Assembly: GCA_013694625.1 (NCBI GenBank) | Contig: JACDCD010000124.1 | Span: 7,539-71,538, forward strand | DNA length: 64,000 bases | Reading direction: 5' to 3' | Source: Actinomycetota bacterium | GTDB lineage: Bacteria; Actinomycetota; CADDZG01; WHSQ01 | In this document: piece by piece, positions 55,024 to 63,160 of the stretch | Layout of the letters: every line of letters begins with the position of its first letter | Position numbering within the stretch: the first letter of the stretch is position 1 | Made by a program: the position numbers and the translations under genes | The notes under the pieces: generated by a model | The model's database searches: none | What the model was told of the DNA's origin: nothing | Seen by the model: only the letters and a program-made list of their open reading frames with translations

Positions 55024-56076
55024 TCAGCTCCCTGCAGATGCACGCGTCGCGCGTGGGTGGGCCGAGGCCGGCAGCCCCTGCCCGAGGCCCGTCCGGGCCC
55101 TCACCTCGTCCATGGTCGGACCGGCGACCTCCGCCGCCCTGGCCGCTCCGGTGGACAGCACGCGCCGGATCTCCGAGGGGTCCGCGAGCAGGTCGGCGTA
55201 ACGATCCCGGATCGGGGCCAGGCGCTCTATCAACGCCTCGGCGAGAGCGGTCTTGAAGTCGCCGTAACCCGATCCCGAAAAGCGGTGCGCGATGGCGGGG
55301 ACATCCGACCCGTCCACGACCGAGAAGATCGTGAGCAGGTTCGTGAGGGCCGGTTTATCGTCGCCTGCCGCGACCTCCCGCCCCGAGTCCGTTACCGCCG
55401 AACGCACCTTCTTCAGGATCGTGTCGGGGGAATCCACCAACAGGATCTTCGAGCCGGGGCGCGCGACGGACTTGCTCATCTTCTGGGTCGGATCGTCGAG
55501 GCTCATGATGCGAGCACCGGCGGGGGAAATCAACGGCTGCGGCACCATGAAGGTGTCTCCGAAGGTGGAGTTGAAACGCACCGCCAGGTCTCTCATCAAC
55601 TCGATGTGCTGGCGTTGGTCCTCGCCCACCGGCACTGCGTGGGCCTTGTACAGGAGCACGTCGGCCGCCTGAAGCACAGGGTAGGTGAAGAGACCGACCC
55701 CGACCGACTCGGTTTCGCCCTTGGACTTCTCCTTGAATTGAACCATCCGGCGGAGCTCGCCCATGCGTGCGACGCAGCTCAAGACCCAGGCGAGCTCGGG
55801 GTGCTCCCCCACCTGCGACTGGACGAACAGAATCGACCTGGCGGGATCAACCCCGCAGGCAAGGAGCAGAGCTCCGGTTTTCAGGGTTGTCTCCCTCAGC
55901 GCGGCCGGATCCCACGGCAAGGTCATCGCATGGAGATCAACGATGCAGAAAAAAGACCGGTAGCTCTCCTGCAGCCCGACCCAGTGGCGGACCGCGCCCA
56001 GATAGTTCCCCAGGTGCAACTCGCCATCGGGCTGGATGCCGCTGAAAACCCTCTGCCTGCCCTCTTCTGAGCTCAT
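55024..56076 (-). CDS. trpS: Tryptophanyl-tRNA synthetase
   Basis: GIQPDGELHLGNYLG (HIGH-type) and KMSKS. ATG 56076 is preceded by AAGGA. Confidence 0.92.
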   Translation of the reverse strand: MSSEEGRQRVFSGIQPDGELHLGNYLGAVRHWVGLQESYRSFFCIVDLHAMTLPWDPAALRETTLKTGALLLACGVDPARSILFVQSQVGEHPELAWVLSCVARMGELRRMVQFKEKSKGETESVGVGLFTYPVLQAADVLLYKAHAVPVGEDQRQHIELMRDLAVRFNSTFGDTFMVPQPLISPAGARIMSLDDPTQKMSKSVARPGSKILLVDSPDTILKKVRSAVTDSGREVAAGDDKPALTNLLTIFSVVDGSDVPAIAHRFSGSGYGDFKTALAEALIERLAPIRDRYADLLADPSEIRRVLSTGAARAAEVAGPTMDEVRARTGLGQGLPASAHPRATRASAGS

Positions 56077-56153
56077 GGATTCCTTTATGAGGTGGGTGGT
56101 TCTTGTGGGACCGGCCGCGTTCGGGCCGGCGCAGCCTAGAATACCGAGCACTC

Positions 56154-56783
56154 ATGGGTGGCCTTCTCTCTCTCCTGCGCACCGATCCGCTGGTGTTCGT
56201 CCTGCTCTCGGCATCACTGCTGGGCGCAATCGCCCTGCACGAGTACGGGCATGCACTTGCCGCGGACCTCCAGGGGGACCGGCTCCCACGCGCCATGGGA
56301 CGCCTGACCCTGAACCCCATGCGCCATCTCGACCCGATCGGCACCATTGCGATATTCCTAATCGGCTTCGGATGGGGCAAGCCGGTCGAATTCCGGACCC
56401 AGGCCCTGTCGTCGCAGCGGTTCGGGGCCGCAATCGTGGCGCTTGCAGGGCCGATGATGAACCTCTTGCTGGCGGTGCTCGGTGCCGTTGCACTTCTGAT
56501 CCTGTCGCCGTCCACCTCGACCGGCACCCTGTTCCTTTTCCTGAGGATCTTCATCCGGATCAACGTCGTCCTGGCCGTCTTCAACCTCATCCCGCTGCCG
56601 CCCCTCGACGGCTCGAGGCTTCTGACGATCTTCCTGCCCCCGAACCGGCAGAACATCATCTTCTTTCTGGACCGTTACGGCTTTGTCATCCTGCTGGCGA
56701 TCCTGTTTTTCGGAGGGTTCACGATTCTCAGTCCGATCATCGACACCGTTGAAGGCTGGGTTCTAACGATCGCGGGTTTCTAG
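56154..56783 (+). CDS. Site-2 protease family (M50) membrane metalloprotease
   Basis: HEYGHALAA (HExxH) and NLIPLPPLDGS motifs in TM helices. TAGAAT at 56137-56142 is a likely -10. Confidence 0.78.
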   Translation: MGGLLSLLRTDPLVFVLLSASLLGAIALHEYGHALAADLQGDRLPRAMGRLTLNPMRHLDPIGTIAIFLIGFGWGKPVEFRTQALSSQRFGAAIVALAGPMMNLLLAVLGAVALLILSPSTSTGTLFLFLRIFIRINVVLAVFNLIPLPPLDGSRLLTIFLPPNRQNIIFFLDRYGFVILLAILFFGGFTILSPIIDTVEGWVLTIAGF

Positions 56784-56859
56784 GGCGACGGTCATGCTCG
56801 GCGCGCCTCGAGACGCCGACATCCGTCCAGGCGCCGTAACCGGCGCGTAGCCCGTCGTC

Positions 56860-58074
56860 CTACGCTGTTGCCTCGGCCGGCCGATCGCCTCCGGACATCA
56901 GGCGCATGGCGAAAACCGCCATCGTTACCAGGATCGAAACCCCCATGATCGGCGCAAAGATGTGTTTCAACAGCTCTGCTTGCATTAACAAACCCGCCAC
57001 GAAACCGATCAATCCGGCGTTCACTCCATAGAAAGCCACGCTGGCCACCCACGGCCGTTCCGCCTCCGCCCCGCCCGACCACGTATCGATCAATCCGAAC
57101 AGGGCGTTTGTCATCACTCCGATGAAAACCGAGTGATCGAGGGCAAAGAGCAGCCACGAGGGCACCGCCTCGAAGTCGTCCGCATAGTTGACGATCAAAT
57201 AAGCGAGCAGCAGGACGTTCGCGACCAGGAACAGGGCACTGGTCGCAAACAGCCGTTTGCTCCCCGCAGAGGACCACTCCGCCCCCGCAAGTTGCTTTCG
57301 GATCCGCACCAGGAAGATGCCCACACCGATCACCTCGCACGGGACGTTGAGCGTCAGAAGCGGAAAGACATCCAGAAGGATGCCGAGCATGAGGGTGATT
57401 CCGCCGAGGAACAGCAGCGCAACCTGCACCACACCCGCCTTGTCGGCCGACATCGGCTTCGGAGAGGGCACCAGCCGCCACTCAGTGATGGCCATCCCCG
57501 CCAACAGGAGGTAGCCGATGACCATGGTGGCCGGATGACCGGCGAACAGGCGCGTGGAGATGTCCACTCCCGCAGTCTGGAGTCCCAGCAGCACCCCGAG
57601 GATCGCCCCGATAACGAGGCTGGTGAGCGCCGCCAGCATCGCCAGGTGCGGGATCGTCATCGCGATCTGTTTGCGGCTGCTGAGCGCCCACCCATGGAAC
57701 GCTCCGATGGCGAGCAGTGTGAGGGTTCCGAGGACCACCCTCAGGGTGGTGTTGCCGATGAAGAAGGCGGCCGCATACAGGGTGATCAGGACCGCGGACA
57801 ATGTGGCGGTGGACTTTGCCCGGCGTAACTCACCTTCGGACAGGGTGCGGTTCTCGGAGAACATCCACAGCGCTGCGCCGAACACCGACAGCGTTATCCA
57901 CCCAAGCGTCCCCGCGTGTACGTGGGTGAGCAGCTGATTGTGACTGAACTCGACAAGATCGAGCCCGTTGAAGATACCGATCAGCACCGTGACCGTGAAC
58001 AGGGCCATGGCGTTCAGGAACAACGCCCCTGCGCTTCCGGCCAACTGCCACGTTCGGGTCTGCGTCTTCACCAC
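56860..58074 (-). CDS. Polytopic membrane protein with conserved His motifs, family unassigned
   Basis: 404 aa and about 10-12 hydrophobic helices. Contains THVHAGTLGW, FAGHPATMVIGY and ALDHSVFIG. Confidence 0.6.
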   Translation of the reverse strand: MVKTQTRTWQLAGSAGALFLNAMALFTVTVLIGIFNGLDLVEFSHNQLLTHVHAGTLGWITLSVFGAALWMFSENRTLSEGELRRAKSTATLSAVLITLYAAAFFIGNTTLRVVLGTLTLLAIGAFHGWALSSRKQIAMTIPHLAMLAALTSLVIGAILGVLLGLQTAGVDISTRLFAGHPATMVIGYLLLAGMAITEWRLVPSPKPMSADKAGVVQVALLFLGGITLMLGILLDVFPLLTLNVPCEVIGVGIFLVRIRKQLAGAEWSSAGSKRLFATSALFLVANVLLLAYLIVNYADDFEAVPSWLLFALDHSVFIGVMTNALFGLIDTWSGGAEAERPWVASVAFYGVNAGLIGFVAGLLMQAELLKHIFAPIMGVSILVTMAVFAMRLMSGGDRPAEATA

Positions 58075-58201
58075 CCGGTCTCCTCTCGCCGTTTCAATCC
58101 GGCGAGCCGACTCTCCCAGAGACCGCCGGGGAGTGCAAGCACTGAGGCGGCCCCGGCTATGGTCTTGGCCAATAGTCTTCGGGAAAGTGGAGGTGGGTCA
58201 C

Positions 58202-58441
58202 ATGGCCGATCAGGTGCAGAGTGTAGTCAAGATAATCGAGCTCGTCGGAAGCTCGCCGAACTCGTTCAGCGAGGCGGTGAAGAACGCGGTGAAGACAGCG
58301 TCGCACTCGGTCCGCAACATCCAGGGGGTGGAGGTGATCGGGAGCACCGCCGACGTCGGCGCCGACGGCGAGCTGTCGCTCTACAAGGTGCACTGCAAGG
58401 TCGCGTTCGTCATCGAGGGATCCGAGGGGTCCCTCTCCTAA
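58202..58441 (+). CDS. Dodecin-family flavin-binding protein
   Basis: 79 aa from ATG 58202 (GGAGG RBS). VVKIIELVGSSPNSFSEAVKNAV...LYKVHCKVAFVIE matches the dodecin pattern. Confidence 0.8.
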   Translation: MADQVQSVVKIIELVGSSPNSFSEAVKNAVKTASHSVRNIQGVEVIGSTADVGADGELSLYKVHCKVAFVIEGSEGSLS

Positions 58442-58809
58442 CGCTCCTGGCGAAGTTGGCGAAGGAGAACTGAATCGGCGCCGCGCGTCTCGAAGTCCTC
58501 GAGGATGTAGGCGAGGGCCGACCGGACCATCCGTCCCCGGTCGGCGGCGACACCGTGCTCGGCCCGCAAGTTCAACCGTGCTCGTTCGAGCGCCATCAGG
58601 TCCTGGGCGGTGCAGTAGAAGGTGACCTTCTCGTCGTGTTTCGGGCCCTTCTTGATCCCCCCCGTAGTAGAGGCGTCCTCGGCGACCTGGAGACTTGTCG
58701 ACTTGTCGACTTGTAACCCCGGTCGGTCCGAAGGTTGGGCCCGGCGTTCCTGGGCCGTGGTGGGTCGGAACAGCTCGTCAGCTCCAGGCAGGCTGGCGCG
58801 GGGAGACAC
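58438..58809 (-). CDS. Small protein with disordered N-half and ribbon-helix-helix-like C-half (possible ParG/CopG-type partner of ParA)
   Basis: 123 aa. [43 protein letters not shown] fits a strand-helix-helix pattern. Overlaps the parA 3' end by 32 nt. Confidence 0.55.
   Translation of the reverse strand: MSPRASLPGADELFRPTTAQERRAQPSDRPGLQVDKSTSLQVAEDASTTGGIKKGPKHDEKVTFYCTAQDLMALERARLNLRAEHGVAADRGRMVRSALAYILEDFETRGADSVLLRQLRQER
58694..58717 (-). repeat. Tandem 8-bp repeat GTTACAAG-TCGACAAG-TCGACAAG inside the small RHH-like ORF
   Basis: The + strand reads CTTGTCGA CTTGTCGA CTTGTAAC. It encodes [11 protein letters not shown]. Confidence 0.5.
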
Positions 58810-59587
58810 GGTCCATCACCTCCCGCGCAAGCTTGCGGTAGGCGGCCGTTCCGGGCGACGCCGGTGCATAGCTCAGGATCGGTTCGCCCGACACCGGGGC
58901 CTCCGCGAAACGGATGGTCTTTCGGATCACCGTGTCGAACACAACGCCGCCGAACGCCTCCCTCACCCTCTCGAGCACCTCCTTGCTGTGAAGCGTGCGC
59001 ACGTCGTACATCGTCGCCAGTATCCCGTCCACCTCCAATGATGGATTCAAGCGCTGCCTGATCCGTTCGATCGACTCCATCAGGTTGGCCATGCCCCGCA
59101 GGGCGTAGTACTCACACTCGAGTGGCACGAGCACGCCATGAGCCGCCGTCAGGGCATTGACCGTAAGAAGCCCGAGGGAGGGAGGACAGTCCACAAGAAT
59201 AAGGTCATAGTTAAGGGTTAGGGGTTCCAGGATCCGTTTGAGGCTCTGCTCCCGCGCCACCTCCTGCACGAGCATGAGCTCCGCCGCTGCCAGGTCGACG
59301 TTGGAGGGAAGGAGGTCCACTCCGGGGACGACGGAGCCCAGGACCACGTCGTGGACGTCGCAGGACGGGTCCAGCAGCGCGTTGTACACCGAGACTTCGA
59401 GACCTCCGGGCTCGATCCCCAAGCCGAGTGCGCAACCGCCCTGGGGATCGAAATCGACCAGGAGGATCCGTTGATCGAGCTCGGCGAACGCCGCCGCCAG
59501 ATTGATGGCCGTGGTGGTCTTACCCACCCCGCCTTTCTGATTGGCGAAGGCGATGATGCGAACGGTCCCTGGTCCTTGCGCCTCCAC
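58778..59587 (-). CDS. parA: ParA/Soj-family partition ATPase (Rv1708-like)
   Basis: Deviant Walker [14 protein letters not shown] 59587 with a GGGAGG RBS is preferred over the track start at 59740. Confidence 0.87.
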   Translation of the reverse strand: MEAQGPGTVRIIAFANQKGGVGKTTTAINLAAAFAELDQRILLVDFDPQGGCALGLGIEPGGLEVSVYNALLDPSCDVHDVVLGSVVPGVDLLPSNVDLAAAELMLVQEVAREQSLKRILEPLTLNYDLILVDCPPSLGLLTVNALTAAHGVLVPLECEYYALRGMANLMESIERIRQRLNPSLEVDGILATMYDVRTLHSKEVLERVREAFGGVVFDTVIRKTIRFAEAPVSGEPILSYAPASPGTAAYRKLAREVMDRVSPRQPAWS

Positions 59588-59617
59588 AGGCCTCCCACCG
59601 GCTCGAGAAAGTGCCCA

Positions 59618-59641
59618 CTTGTCGACAAGTCCGCTTGTCCC
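59618..59641 (-). repeat. Unit array GGGACAAG-CGGACTTG-TCGACAAG containing the perfect palindrome ACTTGTCGACAAGT (59617-59630)
   Basis: Lies 30-55 nt upstream of the parA GTG. Candidate operator or centromere-like site. Confidence 0.5.
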
Positions 59642-59724
59642 CAGGTGAGGGTAATGGAAGCGGGCGCCGACCACAAGGGTGTTTAGCGAGTCCGTTCCCC
59701 CGAACTTGCGTCGCCGGGGGACAA

Positions 59725-59748
59725 CTTGTCTACAAATCAATAAGTCGA
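59725..59748 (-). repeat. 8-bp-phased unit array TCGACTTA-TTGATTTG-TAGACAAG (read on - strand)
   Basis: Intergenic, between the deoB stop (59784) and parA. Confidence 0.45.
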
Positions 59749-59783
59749 TCAGGCGCCTAGTAGACTGTTGTCCCAGGCGTTGA

Positions 59784-60998
59784 TCAGAGCGACTTCAACA
59801 TGTCGTGCGCCCACGAGGTACCCGGGCCCGATGTCCCCACGCCCAGGAGCTCGGCGACGGTTGCACCGCAATCGGCGAACGACGCCCGCGTGCCCAGCGC
59901 CACCCCCGCTGCAATCACAGGGCCGGCGCACAGAACCGGGACCCGTTCGCGCGAGTGATCGGTGGACGGAGTGGTGGGATCGTTCCCGTGATCGGCCGTC
60001 ACGATCAGCACATCCTCAGGCCCGAAGGACCCGAGTATGTCCGGGAGGCGCGCATCGAAGCTCTCTAACGCTTTCGCGTAGCCTTCGACATCGTTGCGGT
60101 GACCATAGGACTGGTCGAAGTCCACCAGGTTGGCCCAGACGAGGCCCCGTTCGAGCTCGTGGAGCTCCTCGAGGATGGCGTCGACCCCCTCCTCGTTCGA
60201 GCCCGTGGGATGGGACGAGGTCACTCCCCTTCCGCCGAAGATGTCGGAGATCTTCCCCACCGCCCGGACCTCGAGGCCGGCGCCCGAGATGTCGTCCAGG
60301 ACGGTGCTTCGGGGAGGCAGGACCGAGAAATCATGACGGTCGCTCGTGCGGATGAAGCTTCCGGGGTTGCCCTCGAACGGCCTTGCGATGACCCGCCCAA
60401 CCTCATGAGGCCCCCGGAGGAGGTCTCGGGCGAGCCTGCACATGTCGTAGAGCCTCTGGAGTGGCACCACGCCGACGTGAGCGGCGATTTGAAACACGCT
60501 GTCACCCGAAGTGTAAACAATAGGTTTACCTGTGGACATGTGCTCGGCGCCGAGCCTATCGATGATCTCGGTGCCGGAGGCCGCGACGTTGCCCAGCGTT
60601 CCAATTCCGATTCCGTGCTCGAAGGGCTCCATAACCTCGGCCGGGAACCCGTCGGGGTAGAGCGGGAACGGAGTGTCCAGTACGACGCCCGCAATCTCCC
60701 AATGACCTGTGGTTGTGTCTTTTCCCGGCGAGAGCTCGGTCATGCACCCATAGGCCCCGGCAGGTTTCTCCGCCCGGTCCACGCCCTCCACCGAGGCGAC
60801 GTTGCCCAACCCCAGTCGCGCCAGGCCGGGCAGGCTGACACCACCGACGGCACGGGCCAGGTTGGGCAAGGTCGCCGACCCGGCATCCCCGAACTCCCGG
60901 GCGTCGGGAGCCCCACCTATCCCAACCGAATCCAGGACGATGAGGACCACCGCACGCACCCCGGTTGCGTCTGTCGTCCCCGTCGTTCGATCGTCCAT
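59784..60998 (-). CDS. deoB: Phosphopentomutase
   Basis: [13 protein letters not shown]...TADHGNDPT metal-binding motifs. ATG 60998 is preceded by AGGAG. Confidence 0.87.
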   Translation of the reverse strand: MDDRTTGTTDATGVRAVVLIVLDSVGIGGAPDAREFGDAGSATLPNLARAVGGVSLPGLARLGLGNVASVEGVDRAEKPAGAYGCMTELSPGKDTTTGHWEIAGVVLDTPFPLYPDGFPAEVMEPFEHGIGIGTLGNVAASGTEIIDRLGAEHMSTGKPIVYTSGDSVFQIAAHVGVVPLQRLYDMCRLARDLLRGPHEVGRVIARPFEGNPGSFIRTSDRHDFSVLPPRSTVLDDISGAGLEVRAVGKISDIFGGRGVTSSHPTGSNEEGVDAILEELHELERGLVWANLVDFDQSYGHRNDVEGYAKALESFDARLPDILGSFGPEDVLIVTADHGNDPTTPSTDHSRERVPVLCAGPVIAAGVALGTRASFADCGATVAELLGVGTSGPGTSWAHDMLKSL

Positions 60999-61091
60999 CG
61001 CCCCACTCCTTCGCCACAAGGTATCCGGTACGGAAATGAACGCTACCCCGCCGTCGTGCCCGGCGCCGCTTTGGTCCCCCGTCCATCCCGG

Positions 61092-62075
61092 TCAGTGGTT
61101 GCGGGCGCGGGGGTGCGACGTCAGGTAAACCTCTCTGAGCCGACTCTGACTCACCAGGGTGTAGATCTGGGTGGTGGTCAGGCTTGCATGACCCAGGAGC
61201 TCCTGCACGACGCGGATGTCGGCTCCGGCATCAAGCATGTGGGTGGCGAATGAGTGTCTCAGCGTGTGCGGGGATACCGCCTCGCCGAGCCCGGCCACGC
61301 GCGCATATCCCTTGAGTAGCTTCCAGGCGCCCTGCCGGGTGAGCCGCCCTCCCCGAGCGTTCAACCACAGTGCTCCGGAGGATGCGCCGGCGGGGGCTCG
61401 CGTCGCCAGGTCCGGGCGGGTGATGGTGAGATAGGCGCCCACCGCCGTACAGGCGATGCGTCCGAGGGGAACGCGCCGGGCCTTCCCACGCTTAGGGGTT
61501 CTCACGAGCACCGAGCCTTCCTCCAGATCGAGATCGTCGACGTCGAGGCTCACGAGCTCTGAGATGCGAAGTCCCGCACCGTAGAGCGTCTCGAGGATGG
61601 CGCTGTCCCTCCTGCCCATGGGAGCCTCCGACGGCAGTTCGATGAGCTTGACCACCTGCTCCACCGCGATCGCCTTCGGGAGCGACAGCGGGCGTTTCGG
61701 CGCGCCGACCTTGGCAGTCGGGTCCACGGAGAGCTGGCCTTCACGGACGAGCCACCGGTAGAAGACCCTTACGGTAACGAGCATCCGGGCCACCGTCGCC
61801 GGACGGTAGGCCCGGCGCGCCGGCGGTCGGCCAGATCTGAGCCGCGCCAGATACTCCGTGACCTGCTCTGGAGCTACCCTGCCGGCGTCGACGCCGGCGA
61901 GGCCGCAGAACTCCCTCCACCTGCCCAGATCACGCCGGTACGACGAGATGGTGTTGTCCGACAGTCCCCGTTCTATCTGTGAGTGGACCATGAACTCGTC
62001 GATCCATCGATCGAGAGGCTCCAGACGGGAAGCGGCGTCAGATGAGATCGTCGATGGAAACCGACTCGAGGCCAT
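61092..62075 (-). CDS. xerD: Tyrosine recombinase XerD
   Basis: N-terminal core-binding ERGLSDNTISSYRRDL. Catalytic HTLRHSFATHML...LGHASLTTTQIYT. The start may overlap the ald 3' end, so the exact start is uncertain. Confidence 0.9.
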   Translation of the reverse strand: MASSRFPSTISSDAASRLEPLDRWIDEFMVHSQIERGLSDNTISSYRRDLGRWREFCGLAGVDAGRVAPEQVTEYLARLRSGRPPARRAYRPATVARMLVTVRVFYRWLVREGQLSVDPTAKVGAPKRPLSLPKAIAVEQVVKLIELPSEAPMGRRDSAILETLYGAGLRISELVSLDVDDLDLEEGSVLVRTPKRGKARRVPLGRIACTAVGAYLTITRPDLATRAPAGASSGALWLNARGGRLTRQGAWKLLKGYARVAGLGEAVSPHTLRHSFATHMLDAGADIRVVQELLGHASLTTTQIYTLVSQSRLREVYLTSHPRARNH

Positions 62076-63150
62076 GGGCTTCGCCGACGGGGGCGTAGGT
62101 CAACGACCCCCGATACGCATTGACGCCTTCCGCCAGCGCGGGATCACGTTTCACCGCGTCCACGAAGCCCCTGCCGGCCAGTGCCGACACGTACGGCAGC
62201 GTTGCATTGGTGAGGGCATACGTGGATGTGTGTGGAACGGCGCCGGGCATGTTACCCACGCAGTAATGGACGACGTCGTGCATCACAAAAGTGGGATCAG
62301 AGTGCGTCGTCACAGTCGATGTCTCGAACGATCCCCCCTGATCGATCGCGATGTCGACCGCAACCGCCCCGGGCCGCATCTCTTCGACGATGTCCTCCGT
62401 GACGACCTTGGGGGCCAAGGCCCCGGGCACGAGTACGGCGCCGATCACGAGGTCCGCGGATACAACCGCCTCCTCGACCGACAGCCGGTTCGACGCAATC
62501 GTGAGAATCCTTCCTTTGTGTATCTGGTCGATGTCACGAAGCTTGTTGATGTTGGTGTCGAGCACGACGACCTCGGCCTCCATGCCCTGGGCGATCCACG
62601 CCGCGTTCATCCCCGCCATCCCTGCGCCGATGATCACCACGCGCGCCGGCCGGACTCCCGAGACGCCCCCCATGAGGACACCCAGCCCACCATTGCCGCG
62701 TTCGAGATAGTGAGCCCCGACATGGGGCGCCATGCGTCCGGCGACCTCGCTCATGGGGGCCAGCAGCGGCAGGGAACCGTCCGCCAACTCGACTGTCTCG
62801 TACGCAACCGCAGTGGTGCCGGCCTCCAAGAGAGCTTCGGTGACATCTTTCGCAGCAGCAAGGTGAAGATAGGTGAAGAGGACGAGGCCATCGCGCAAAT
62901 GGTGGAACTCCTCGGGTATCGGCTCTTTGACCTTCAAGACCATGTCGGCGTCTGCGAAAAGGGTGTCCGCGTCGGCGACGATCGACGCACCGGCACGCTC
63001 GTACTGTTCATCGGAGATGCTGGAGCCGGAGCCGGCCGATCTCTCGATGAGCACCTCATGATCATCGACCACGAGCTCGCGGACACCTGAAGGTGTTATC
63101 GCGACTCGGTACTCGTTGTCCTTGACCTCTTTCGGCACCCCCACCTTCAT
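62038..63150 (-). CDS. ald: Alanine dehydrogenase
   Basis: MKVGVPKEVKDNEYRVAITPSGV and NAD motif VVIIGAGMAGMNAA. Confidence 0.92.
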   Translation of the reverse strand: MKVGVPKEVKDNEYRVAITPSGVRELVVDDHEVLIERSAGSGSSISDEQYERAGASIVADADTLFADADMVLKVKEPIPEEFHHLRDGLVLFTYLHLAAAKDVTEALLEAGTTAVAYETVELADGSLPLLAPMSEVAGRMAPHVGAHYLERGNGGLGVLMGGVSGVRPARVVIIGAGMAGMNAAWIAQGMEAEVVVLDTNINKLRDIDQIHKGRILTIASNRLSVEEAVVSADLVIGAVLVPGALAPKVVTEDIVEEMRPGAVAVDIAIDQGGSFETSTVTTHSDPTFVMHDVVHYCVGNMPGAVPHTSTYALTNATLPYVSALAGRGFVDAVKRDPALAEGVNAYRGSLTYAPVGEAHGLESVSIDDLI

Positions 63151-63160
63151 GTTCGGAACC

